A stretch of 32,000 nt of DNA. It comes from Calothrix sp. NIES-2098. GTDB lineage: Bacteria > Cyanobacteriota > Cyanobacteriia > Cyanobacteriales > Nostocaceae. Positions 16,038 to 24,515 of this stretch are shown here, in pieces. The position numbers were made by a program, and so were the translations under genes. The stretch is taken from assembly GCA_002368175.1 (NCBI GenBank), contig AP018172.1, positions 8,574,327 to 8,606,326 on the forward strand, given 5' to 3'. Position 1 is the first letter of the stretch, and every line of letters starts with the position of its first letter. The notes below the pieces were generated by a model, which searched no databases, was not told the origin of the DNA, and saw only the letters and a list, made by a program, of their open reading frames with translations.

Positions 16038-18191
16038 ATGCATCCTGTCTATTGCTCCAAAGGACACGAAAATCCCGCAGGGAGCCGCTTTTGCCTGAAT
16101 TGCGGTGAGAAGTTATTAGATACGCCTGTAAATTACAGTATCCAACCGGGACAAGTTTTAGGCGATCGCTATTTAATTGTGCGTCAAATTGGGCAAGGTG
16201 GTTTTGGACGTACTTATTTAGCTGAAGATGTTAACCGTTTTCGCGAACTTTGTGTTTTAAAAGAATTTTCTCCTCAAGTTCAAACGGCTTACGTTTTACA
16301 AAAAGCGGAAGAACTGTTTCAGCGAGAAGCCAGCGTTCTCTACAAGCTGCAACATCCCCAAATTCCGCGCTTTCGGGAAAATTTCCGCATCAATTTGGAT
16401 GGTAAAGAATACCTGTTTTTGGTGCAAGATTATGTAGAAGGGCAAACTTACAACTCTTTACTAAATACTCGCCGATCGCAAGGTTTGCGGTTTACAGAGG
16501 CGGAAATTAGACAGTTGTTGCAGCAAATCCTCCCAGTTTTGGAATACATACACTCTCTAGGCGTAATTCACCGCGATATTTCTCCCGATAATTTGATTCT
16601 GCGTAAGCTCGATCAATTACCAGTATTAATTGATTTTGGCGGCGTGAAACAAGTAGTAGCAACGGTCGCCTCTGAATATTACCAGCCTGGTGTTGTTGGA
16701 TCTCCCGCAGGAGCAACTTTACTGGGTAAGGTGGGATTTGCACCCCCAGAACAAATGCAAACTGGTTTGGTGTCTCCCCACAGCGATTTATATGCTTTGG
16801 CAGCTACTATGTTGGTTTTACTGACAGGAAAGCAACCACAAGAATTAATTGATACTTATACCCTAAATTGGCAATGGGACAGAGAAGTTAGCCTGAGTCC
16901 AGCTTTGGGGCAAATTTTAAATAAAATGCTATCTCCTAGACCAGGCGATCGCTATCAATCGGCTCGTCAAGTCTTAGAAGCACTCAACCCCCAGCAGGCG
17001 ATAAGCTATGTACCCACACAACCGCCTACCCAAGCACCTACACCTCCCACCACATCTGAGACTGTTGCGATCGCTTCTCCGCGTTACCCATCTCCCCCAG
17101 TTCCGATCTCGTCACCTCCACCTCAACCGACAAATTCTTGGACACCAACCAAAACCTTTCTCATTGTATTAGTAACAGCTGGGATTGCGGGAGTGGGTTT
17201 GTGGGGAGTAAATAATTTGCTGCGATCGGATTTGAATGGAGGCGATCCTACAATTTCACCTACACCCACACCTACAGCCACTACTACTCCGCCGCAGTAT
17301 TCCCCAGCAGAACAGCAACGCAAAGATAAATTGCGCGATCGCCGTCAACAGTTGGGTATAGACAATAATTTCTACGTTAACTTGGTAAATCAACTGTTTT
17401 GGGAACAAAATCCCAGTTTAAAAGGACGAACTCTGAGCGATCGCCCTGAAGATGAAAATTTGCGGGCACAATGGGATCGACTAGCAGGCGAAGTATTAGA
17501 CAAACTTGCACAACTGAGTACCAAAGCACGCCAGCAACTCGGAACTTACACATCAGCAGAACGCGATCGCTGGAAAGTGGAAGTTAACCAAGTCAACGTT
17601 GGTAGTCGTTCGTTATACGATTTAGGAGATGCTGCTTTCTTTGCTGCTTTCCCCACCCAGCGCAACAAAGATTTTGTCAATCAACCCATTGGACAAGTTT
17701 GGTATGGCTTTGTCAGTGACAAGCTGAGTGCGATTTTAGCTGGTAGCGCTTTTCAAAAAATTGTCTTTGATCAAGGTGCTACCAGTAAAACAGTTAGTGG
17801 TAATCTTAGCCCCAGTAATGGCAAAGTTTTTATTGCTGGACTTGCCAAAGAGCAATCTTTAGAAGTGAATCTCAAAGCCAATTCTAAAGTTTTGCTATCA
17901 ATATATTCACCCTCTGGCAAAATCAAATTTTTAGAAGATTCTACCCAGCGCAGTTTGTCAATCAAGCTACCTGAAGATGGATTTTATGAATTTGTGGTTG
18001 TAAATACAGGATCGCAAGCAACAGATTATCAACTAACCATCACAGCCCAAACTCCCACCCCACCAACACCGACACCAACTGTTACCGACACTCCTACACC
18101 CACACCCACCGTCACAACAACACCAACACCGACACCAACTGTCACCGACACTCCTACACCTACACCCACCCCAACATCTAATAGTCAATGA
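16038..18191 (+). CDS. Membrane Ser/Thr protein kinase paralog with CHCC zinc ribbon, Pro/Thr-rich linkers, shared extracytoplasmic domain, extra beta-rich domain and TP-repeat tail
   Basis: Zinc ribbon: YCSKGHENPAGSRFCLNCGEKL. Gly loop: IGQGGFGRTY. Lys: CVLKEF. Catalytic loop: HRDISPDNL. DFG: LIDFGGV. TM helix: FLIVLVTAGIAGVGLWGV. The domain RQQLGIDNNFYVNLVNQLFWEQNPSLKGRTLSDRPEDENLRAQW is homologous to the first kinase. The C-terminal TPTPTPTVTDTPTPTPT tail is encoded by two 60-bp direct repeats (18061-18110 and 18121-18170). Confidence 0.9.
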   Translation: MHPVYCSKGHENPAGSRFCLNCGEKLLDTPVNYSIQPGQVLGDRYLIVRQIGQGGFGRTYLAEDVNRFRELCVLKEFSPQVQTAYVLQKAEELFQREASVLYKLQHPQIPRFRENFRINLDGKEYLFLVQDYVEGQTYNSLLNTRRSQGLRFTEAEIRQLLQQILPVLEYIHSLGVIHRDISPDNLILRKLDQLPVLIDFGGVKQVVATVASEYYQPGVVGSPAGATLLGKVGFAPPEQMQTGLVSPHSDLYALAATMLVLLTGKQPQELIDTYTLNWQWDREVSLSPALGQILNKMLSPRPGDRYQSARQVLEALNPQQAISYVPTQPPTQAPTPPTTSETVAIASPRYPSPPVPISSPPPQPTNSWTPTKTFLIVLVTAGIAGVGLWGVNNLLRSDLNGGDPTISPTPTPTATTTPPQYSPAEQQRKDKLRDRRQQLGIDNNFYVNLVNQLFWEQNPSLKGRTLSDRPEDENLRAQWDRLAGEVLDKLAQLSTKARQQLGTYTSAERDRWKVEVNQVNVGSRSLYDLGDAAFFAAFPTQRNKDFVNQPIGQVWYGFVSDKLSAILAGSAFQKIVFDQGATSKTVSGNLSPSNGKVFIAGLAKEQSLEVNLKANSKVLLSIYSPSGKIKFLEDSTQRSLSIKLPEDGFYEFVVVNTGSQATDYQLTITAQTPTPPTPTPTVTDTPTPTPTVTTTPTPTPTVTDTPTPTPTPTSNSQ

Positions 18192-18289
18192 TTAAACCTT
18201 AAAGCCCAACTTAGTTATAGTTGTAGATTGCTCTGTGCAAATTTCAAACTTCTCGACAACAGCCAATGAGTAACTTATGATTTTAGTTA

Positions 18290-18500
18290 CCAGCTAAGTT
18301 CTTTGTGAACTGAAGCGGGGGCAAAAACACCGGGGGTTCACGAAAATCGCCAGAACCTTGATAAGTTAATAATTTCAGCGTTTCAAGAATTTGTTTAGTT
18401 GCAAATGCCTTGCAATAAGGTAGGCTGAAAAAGACCATTTTTTTCGGTTCGCGAAAACCCTTCCCAAAAACCTTGCTCTGGTTAAGTTTCAGAACCGAGC
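18290..18500 (+). promoter_or_regulatory. Putative CRISPR leader
   Basis: This is a non-coding, AT-rich segment immediately upstream of the first repeat. The degenerate terminal repeat lies at the opposite (3') end, which implies + strand transcription from here. No promoter elements were mapped. Confidence 0.4.
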
Positions 18501-18839
18501 GTTTCCATCAATCATTTCCCCGCAAGGGGATTGAAACACTGATATTTCGCCTTACGAATCTGGCTTAGGCGCAGTACAAAGTTTCCATCAATCATTTCCC
18601 CGCAAGGGGATTGAAACATGTCAGTGACAGCACCAGTAACACTAGTAGGAACGTCGTTTCCATCAATCATTTCCCCGCAAGGGGATTGAAACTTTGCGCA
18701 TATTAGGTGATCATGTACTCCATTAATTGTTTCCATCAATCATTTCCCCGCAAGGGGATTGAAACACTTGCACGACGGTTGTTATCCCGTCTTTACCCGG
18801 CAGTTTCCATCAATCATTTCCCCGCAAGGGGACTAAAAC
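18501..18839 (+). CRISPR. CRISPR array, 5 repeats and 4 spacers, no cas genes in the window
   Basis: The 37-bp repeat GTTTCCATCAATCATTTCCCCGCAAGGGGATTGAAAC occurs at 18501, 18581, 18656 and 18729. A degenerate last copy (…GGGGACTAAAAC) is at 18803. Spacers are 43, 38, 36 and 37 bp and are unrelated to each other. The repeat contains a CCCC-GCAA-GGGG hairpin and ends in ATTGAAAC, which would give an 8-nt 5' handle if processed by Cas6. Confidence 0.95.
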
Positions 18840-19121
18840 TTATCTCGTTTTGCGATAATTCCCGCCCTGCAATAAATTGCGGGCTAATAGCTTAAGTGCG
18901 TTGAAACGCACTCTTAATCTTGGAGATATTATACTGATGGGTCTGACCCATCAGGTAGTTCGGCAACAGTATCCTTGAGTTCCGAGCTAAATTATGAATG
19001 GCAAACCTGGAGAAAAAATAGACTTGCGATCGCCTTTTAGTGAAAATTTACCTGATAGACTTTACAATTTCAGGTTAATGTTTTCAGATATGAACTCAGC
19101 AAGAGTTGTCGGGTACTATTC

Positions 19122-20726
19122 GTGACCAAACAAGACCAAAAACCCACTCGTTCATTCGCTGGAATTGCTGGCATTGTTGCCATTGCTACCTTAATTAGTA
19201 AAATCTTTGGTTTAGTACGGCAGCAAGCGATCGCTGCGGCTTTTGGTGTTGGTGCTGCTGCCACTGCCTATAGTTATGCCTACATTATTCCTGGTTTTTT
19301 ATTAATTTTACTCGGCGGTGTCAACGGGCCGTTACACAGCGCCATTGTTAGTGTTTTAGCCAAGCGCAAACAAGAAGAAGCTGCTCCTTTAGTAGAAACA
19401 GTAACAACCCTAGTCGCGGGAATACTCTTAATCGTAACCTTAGCGCAAGTTGTGTTTGCGGATACGATCGTCGATTTCGTCGGTCATGGTTTAAAAGAAA
19501 CCACCAGAGCGATCGCGATCCAACAGATCCGCATCATGGCTCCAATGGCTTTATTTTCCGGCTTAATCGGCATTGGCTTTGGGACTCTCAATGCTGCTCA
19601 TCAATATTGGTTACTCTCCATCAGTCCCTTACTATCGAGTATTACCGTTGTTGTCGGCATTGGAATTTTGGCTTTGCAATATGGCAAAAATATTATTCTG
19701 CCAGAATACGCTTACATTGGTGGCATGGTCTTAGCTTGGGGAACTCTAGCAGGAGCCGTTCTCCAATGGTTGGTGCAGTTAATTGTGCAGTGGCGCTTAG
19801 GATTAGGCACATTAAGGCTACGATTTGATTTTAAATCCCCCGCAGTTCGAGAAGTAATTAACATCATGACTCCGGCAACCATTTCTTCGGGGATGATGCC
19901 AATTAATGTTGCTACAGACCTTTACTTTGCCAGTCCCATTCCCGGTGCGGCGGCTGGGTTTAACTATGCCAATCTCTTAGTGCAAACGCCTTTAGGGATT
20001 ATTTCTAATATTATTTTGTTGCCCCTATTGCCGATGTTTGCTAGACTCGCTGCACCAGAAAATTGGCACGATCTCAAATTACGCATTCGCCAAGGACTGC
20101 TACTGACTGCCTTTACCATGCTACCTTTAGGGGCTTTAATGGTAGCCTTATCTGTTCCCATAGTCCAAGTAGTTTATGAGCGCGGTGCTTTCAAGCAAGA
20201 AGCTACACAATTAGTTTCTTCGTTGCTAATTGCTTATGGTATTGGGATGTTTGCTTATTTAGGACGTGATGTTTTAGTCAGAGTATTTTATGCTTTAGGC
20301 GACGGTCAAACACCTTTTCGCATTAGTGCTTTTAATATCTTCCTTAATATCGTACTAGATTGGTTTTTTGTGAAACCGTTTGGCGCTCCGGGTTTAGTGT
20401 TAGCAACAGTTGGCGTAAATTGTAGCTCGATGTTAATGCTGTTATGGTTGCTCGATCGCAAACTTAATGGCTTACCTTGGCGAGAATGGAGTCTACCAAT
20501 TATTGGTTTAACAGCTGGTAGCATAGTATCTGGAGTCGCTAGCTATGGAGCTTTGGTTGGTTGTCGCCAGGTTTTAGGTAAAGAAAATTTACTAATTCTG
20601 TTGATAGAGTTATCTGTAGCTGGCTTAGTAGGGCTGGGTGTGTTTGCTATTTTTGCCTCATGGTTGAAAATACCAGAGATCAATAGTTTTGTATCTCGAA
20701 TGCGTCAGCGCTTTTTGAAGCAATAA
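19122..20726 (+). CDS. murJ: Lipid II flippase MurJ (MviN)
   Basis: 534-aa polytopic membrane protein with a GTG start. The N-terminus SFAGIAGIVAIATLISKIFGLVRQQAIAAAFG and later motifs (YAYIIPGFLLILLGG, ERGAFKQEAT, FYALGDGQTPF) are characteristic of MurJ. Confidence 0.92.
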   Translation: MTKQDQKPTRSFAGIAGIVAIATLISKIFGLVRQQAIAAAFGVGAAATAYSYAYIIPGFLLILLGGVNGPLHSAIVSVLAKRKQEEAAPLVETVTTLVAGILLIVTLAQVVFADTIVDFVGHGLKETTRAIAIQQIRIMAPMALFSGLIGIGFGTLNAAHQYWLLSISPLLSSITVVVGIGILALQYGKNIILPEYAYIGGMVLAWGTLAGAVLQWLVQLIVQWRLGLGTLRLRFDFKSPAVREVINIMTPATISSGMMPINVATDLYFASPIPGAAAGFNYANLLVQTPLGIISNIILLPLLPMFARLAAPENWHDLKLRIRQGLLLTAFTMLPLGALMVALSVPIVQVVYERGAFKQEATQLVSSLLIAYGIGMFAYLGRDVLVRVFYALGDGQTPFRISAFNIFLNIVLDWFFVKPFGAPGLVLATVGVNCSSMLMLLWLLDRKLNGLPWREWSLPIIGLTAGSIVSGVASYGALVGCRQVLGKENLLILLIELSVAGLVGLGVFAIFASWLKIPEINSFVSRMRQRFLKQ

Positions 20727-20777
20727 ATAGCTGTTGTACCAATTAACGAAAACTTTGATACAGATAGATTTCTCATA

Positions 20778-20799
20778 GGGACATGGCAATGCCATGCCC
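20778..20799 (+). terminator. Hairpin downstream of murJ (possible terminator)
   Basis: GGGACATGGCA-A-TGCCATGCCC forms an imperfect stem of about 10 bp, 50 nt after the murJ stop. Only a weak T-rich tract follows. Confidence 0.3.
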
Positions 20800-20870
20800 T
20801 TACTGTATTAAGTTTTCATAGACGACATCCAACATAAGTAATATGGTGTCCGACAAATTACCCTCAATAT

Positions 20871-20933
20871 GTCATTGCGAGTGAAACGTAGTGGAACGTA
20901 GACACGAAGTGGCTTCCCTTCGGTCGCAATGAC
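20871..20933. mobile_element. MITE-like short dispersed repeat (short variant)
   Basis: It has terminal inverted repeats GTCATTGCGA...TCGCAATGAC. Its first ~35 nt (GTCATTGCGAGTGAAACGTAGTGGAACGTAGACACG) nearly match the element at 29113. Confidence 0.7.
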
Positions 20934-21161
20934 GGTCGTTTGAACAAGACAGATACAATTGGCGATCGCCTCATCAATAACAATCCTTACTTCTTCTATC
21001 CAAACAGTATTTCCACAAATCCCTAGCGCATCATCTTGGGAAATTGTTTCTATCCTAAGGCCTATATACAAGTGGCAGAATATTGACTCTTGAGAATGAG
21101 GGAAAGCTCTCAGGAACTTTATAAAGTGTTACCTGTACATACCTAACTACGGAATTTACAG

Positions 21162-21920
21162 ATGGCTTCTCAACAAGAAAGCAAGAACAAACAAAGTGAA
21201 ACTGCCTCTAAAAAAGAAGGTGCAACAGCAACAAAAACCAATGAAAACAATAACTTGGAGCTAGATTCACTTTTTGAAGCACTTGAAGGAGACTTAACTT
21301 CTCTAGATAGTGAAGCTGCTGTTGATTTAATTGACCAGTGGTATAGTTCTTTGCACAAAGCCAAAGAACCAGAAATCAAAGAAATTGCCAATAGTCTCAA
21401 AAACCTCAAGCAACTTGTGAAAAGTGGTAAAGCCACAGGTCATGAAATTGGTGAAGTCCTCATCGAAATTGGCGACCAAACAAGCGACTTCGGTTCTGAC
21501 GCTAACAAAGAACTAAAGACTCCTTTGCAGAGATTGGGTAAGCAACTCAGCAAAATAGGTGTTTCCTTAGGTAAACAAGAAGACCGCGAGCAAATTGAAC
21601 AAATAGACTCGCTGGTAGAAACACTTGAGGGAGATCTGACAGAGATTGAGCCGGAAGTAGCGCAAGGTGCAATAGATACTTGGTACACCTTATTGCACAA
21701 GTCGGAGGATGAAAATCTCCAAGAAATCGCCAATGGATTGAAAGAACTTAAGCAACTGTTGAAGCGCAAAACTGCTAAAGGTGCAGACTTTGCACCAGTA
21801 CTGACAAAATTAGGCGAACAAACCGAACAAGCTGGTGCTGAAGCTGCAAGAGGATTTAAAGGCCCTCTGAAAAGGCTGGGTAAGTTACTGAGCAAAGCTG
21901 GTCAATCATTAGCTGAGTAA
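21162..21920 (+). CDS. Hypothetical acidic protein with an internal ~110-aa duplication
   Basis: 252 aa. Repeat A runs LDSLFEALEGDLTSLDSEAAVDLIDQWYSSLHKAKEPEIKEIANSLKNLKQLVKSGKATG...PLQRLGKQLSKIGVSLG. Repeat B runs IDSLVETLEGDLTEIEPEVAQGAIDTWYTLLHKSEDENLQEIANGLKELKQLLKRKTAKG...PLKRLGKLLSKAGQSLAE. The antisense ORFs are Ser/Cys/Leu-rich low complexity. I did not recognise any family. Confidence 0.7.
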   Translation: MASQQESKNKQSETASKKEGATATKTNENNNLELDSLFEALEGDLTSLDSEAAVDLIDQWYSSLHKAKEPEIKEIANSLKNLKQLVKSGKATGHEIGEVLIEIGDQTSDFGSDANKELKTPLQRLGKQLSKIGVSLGKQEDREQIEQIDSLVETLEGDLTEIEPEVAQGAIDTWYTLLHKSEDENLQEIANGLKELKQLLKRKTAKGADFAPVLTKLGEQTEQAGAEAARGFKGPLKRLGKLLSKAGQSLAE

Positions 21921-21940
21921 TTAAGCTGAATCAGATTTTC

Positions 21941-21997
21941 TTGTAGTAAGGACTTTAGCCCGAAGAACAGGACTAAAGCTCTTACTACAAACTTTTT
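21941..21997. terminator. Long imperfect hairpin between convergent genes (bidirectional terminator candidate)
   Basis: TTGTAGTAAGGACTTTAGCC - CGAAGAACA - GGACTAAAGCTCTTACTACAA is followed by ACTTTTT. It lies between the stop at 21920 (+) and the stop at 22003 (-). Confidence 0.55.
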
Positions 21998-22002
21998 AAC
22001 GA

Positions 22003-22635
22003 TCACAGCATAATCAAACCTAGCCTGACACCAACAGTCACAGCCTCGGTACGGGTTGAGACAGCCAGCTTTTGAAAAATCGATGAGATATGAAACTTTA
22101 CAGTATGCTCAGAAATCTGCAAATGTTTAGCGATCGCTTTATTACCTAAACCAGAACCGAGCATTTCTAATACTTCAATTTCTCTTGGCGTCAGAGTTTG
22201 CACGGGGGTAGTCGCTACTTTTTCCCGCATAGGCAATAAATCCAAAAAATCTGGGTGTAGCACCACTAAACCATCTGCGATCGCAATGACAGCAGCGATA
22301 ATTTCTGACTCTCTACTGTCATTAGGCAATATACCCCGAACGCCAGAACGGAATGCTGCTTCTATATCAATGCTTTCAATTTCCTCTGCGATCGTGAGAA
22401 ATCCTACAGGGTATTGCTCCTCTTGAAAAAGTAGCAATTTTTCCCACATAGATGCTTGTGCATTACTACTTAAATCTAGCAGTATTACATCCGGTTGTAA
22501 TTGCCCAACTTCCGCGATCGCGGTATCTAAATTTGATGCACTCCCCACAACATTCAACTGGGAATTGCTACTAACTACAGCCGATAAACCCGCCCGTACC
22601 ACCGGGGAAGTAGCAACTACCAACACCCGGATCAT
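22003..22635 (-). CDS. LuxR/NarL-family DNA-binding regulator with a degenerate (pseudo-)receiver domain
   Basis: 210 aa. The C-terminal HTH is LTPREIEVLEMLGSGLGNKAIAKHLQISEHTVKFHISSIF. The N-terminal receiver reads MIRVLVVATSPVVRAGL, so AT replaces the DD metal-binding pair. It keeps DVILLDLSS. It has GVRGILPND where the conserved Lys is expected. Its start overlaps the upstream protease stop by 4 nt (ATGA). Confidence 0.88.
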   Translation of the reverse strand: MIRVLVVATSPVVRAGLSAVVSSNSQLNVVGSASNLDTAIAEVGQLQPDVILLDLSSNAQASMWEKLLLFQEEQYPVGFLTIAEEIESIDIEAAFRSGVRGILPNDSRESEIIAAVIAIADGLVVLHPDFLDLLPMREKVATTPVQTLTPREIEVLEMLGSGLGNKAIAKHLQISEHTVKFHISSIFQKLAVSTRTEAVTVGVRLGLIML

Positions 22636-23474
22636 GTAGCCTCCACCGCAGTTTTATCACTCTGCAATCGCACATAAACCACAAGTTGTTGACCGCTACG
22701 CCAGAGTTGTAAAGGAATTGATTCTTGATTTTGGTGTTGTTGGAGATATTTGCCCAGGTCATCACTGTTAGTAAATAATTGCCCAGAAATTCCGATTAAC
22801 ACATCACCAATTTCTACACCTGCGATCGCCGCCGTACTCTCAGGAAGAACAGACAACACCAATAAACCGAGGTTGCGTCTACCCACCCAAACAGGTTGTA
22901 AAGTCACCCCCAATCGCGGACGATTTGGAGCTTGCAAAAAGCGATTGACAGCTAAACTGGGGATCGCTACAGCCAAACCGTTAACAACCATTGTATTAAT
23001 CCCCACAACTCGACCGAGACAATCAGCCAGCGGCCCTCCAGAATTACCCGGATACAGCCGGATATCAGCCATAACTGCTTTTTGATGATAAGCGTGAATA
23101 ATCCCTAAAGTAACAGCACCACTATCAGCCAACGGATTACCCACCGCCAACACTAACTCACCCACTCGCAATGCATCAGAATCACCAATAGTTGCAGTGT
23201 GTAAGTCAGTAGCAGTAATTTTCAGAGCCGCTAAATCTTGCTGTGGGTCAAAGTGGGTACGCACAGCGTCAAATACTCGTCCGTCAGCCAATTCCACCTT
23301 TGCTTGGTTGCTGGTTGCGACATGGGCATTGGTAATAATTAACCCATCACTTTGCCAGATGACACCAGAACCAACTCCTTGAGAATTGCTTTGAACTTTG
23401 ACTGTACTGTGGCGTAACTTAGCAGCGAGAGTTGCCAATTCATCGGTAAGGTTTGTAATTTTTGTAGTAATCAT
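22632..23474 (-). CDS. HtrA/DegP-like S1C serine protease with one PDZ domain; no signal peptide evident
   Basis: 280 aa with an intact catalytic triad context: GSGVIWQSDGLIITNAHV (His), DLAALKI (Asp) and GNSGGPLAD (Ser). The PDZ-like C-terminus is LGLLVLSVLPESTAAIAGVEIGDVLIGISG. The N-terminus MITTKITNLTDELATLAAKL is not hydrophobic. Confidence 0.9.
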   Translation of the reverse strand: MITTKITNLTDELATLAAKLRHSTVKVQSNSQGVGSGVIWQSDGLIITNAHVATSNQAKVELADGRVFDAVRTHFDPQQDLAALKITATDLHTATIGDSDALRVGELVLAVGNPLADSGAVTLGIIHAYHQKAVMADIRLYPGNSGGPLADCLGRVVGINTMVVNGLAVAIPSLAVNRFLQAPNRPRLGVTLQPVWVGRRNLGLLVLSVLPESTAAIAGVEIGDVLIGISGQLFTNSDDLGKYLQQHQNQESIPLQLWRSGQQLVVYVRLQSDKTAVEAT

Positions 23475-23516
23475 ATTCCCTTCTGCCCTCTGCTTTCTTG
23501 CTTCTGCCTTAATTAG

Positions 23517-24515
23517 TTAACGAGAATGGGACGAACCTCTCCTACCATGTCGCCCTCTTCTGTGGTGAGAGCGATCGCTAGATTTTTCCGAATCTTCTTG
23601 ATTTGAGTACTGCTCAAATGGTCGTTCGCCAACTGTAATTGCTAATTCAACTAACACCCCACCCCGGATAACTTGCAGTGGGACAGTTTTACCGACGCGA
23701 TCGCTACTATTTAACAGCGCCATTACATCACCCGTATCACTCACGGTTGTGCCATCGAATGCTACCAACACATCCCCAAGCAGTACACCTGCATGATCGG
23801 CAGGGCCAGCAGGCTCGACATTGACAACAATTACACCAGTAGCAGAAGTTAAACTCAAAGCTGCGATCAGATTATTAGGTAAGCGTACAGGTTGCATTCC
23901 TACACCTAAATAACCGCGTGCAATGTGTCCCTTGGCTAACAATTGATCGACTACACGATTGACTGTAGCTGCGGGAATAGTTAAAGCAGTACCGCGCCGT
24001 CCTGATGTGTTCATGCCTACCACATAACCAGCCGCATCTACAAGCGCCCCACCCGCAAAACCAGGGTAAAGAGTCATATCGGGACGGATGAATTGGTCGA
24101 TATTACCACCACTCATGCTGCGCCAAGCACCACTAATTACACTCACAGTACCTAAAGCCGCACGCAACTCGCCTGCGTTGCTTCTCGCTATTCCTAAGAC
24201 TAAATGGCCAATTTTCAGTGTTGTTGCATCGCCAATTTTCGCCACCGGAGTTTCCCCATCTTGGAGTTGGAAAACAGCTATATCAGTGCTAGAGTCATGT
24301 CCCAAATGCGTAGCAGCGACAGAACGACCATCAAACAGAGTGACAGTGATTTCGTCATAACGCTGAAGCGACTCATCGGAAGTAACAATAATACCCTGAC
24401 GCCAGTGAATTCCACTAGAAGAAATGCGCGTGCCAGCATTCACTGCAACTACAGCATTTCCTGCTTGTTCTACGGTATCAGCTAAACTATTGGACAATTC
24501 TAGTAATGAAGACAT
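23517..24515 (-). CDS. HtrA-like pseudoprotease (S1C fold + PDZ, catalytic His and Ser substituted) with His/Arg-rich tail
   Basis: 332 aa and alignable by eye to the neighbouring protease. SSGIHWRQGIIVTSDESL aligns to GSG...ITNAHV, so the His is replaced by an acidic residue. DIAVFQL retains the Asp. GFAGGALVD aligns to GNSGGPL, so Ser becomes Ala. The PDZ is ATGVIVVNVEPAGPADHAGVLLGDVLVAFDG. The tail is SSDRSHHRRGRHGRRGSSHSR. Confidence 0.88.
   Translation of the reverse strand: MSSLLELSNSLADTVEQAGNAVVAVNAGTRISSSGIHWRQGIIVTSDESLQRYDEITVTLFDGRSVAATHLGHDSSTDIAVFQLQDGETPVAKIGDATTLKIGHLVLGIARSNAGELRAALGTVSVISGAWRSMSGGNIDQFIRPDMTLYPGFAGGALVDAAGYVVGMNTSGRRGTALTIPAATVNRVVDQLLAKGHIARGYLGVGMQPVRLPNNLIAALSLTSATGVIVVNVEPAGPADHAGVLLGDVLVAFDGTTVSDTGDVMALLNSSDRVGKTVPLQVIRGGVLVELAITVGERPFEQYSNQEDSEKSSDRSHHRRGRHGRRGSSHSR

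Noticed and set aside
18512-18895. ORFs 18512-18739 (-) and 18707-18895 (+)
   Set aside because: They are translations across the CRISPR repeats. The peptide FQSPCGEMIDGN recurs because the DNA repeat recurs. They are not genes.
18192-19121. cas genes or a tracrRNA next to the CRISPR array
   Set aside because: No ORF of suitable size exists on either side. The small hairpins at about 18860-18960 (AGTGCGT-TGAA-ACGCACT and CTGATGGGT-CTG-ACCCATCAG) lack an anti-repeat match, so I do not call a tracrRNA.
20808-21071. 87-aa minus-strand ORF
   Set aside because: About a quarter of it is read through the MITE-like repeat at 20871-20933. It has no recognisable motifs and is probably spurious.
21170-21895. 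Minus-strand ORFs 21170-21436 and 21440-21895
   Set aside because: They are antisense to the 252-aa internally duplicated protein. Their translations are Ser/Cys/Leu-rich without structure, so the + strand frame is preferred. The + strand call itself still rests only on composition and internal repeat conservation.
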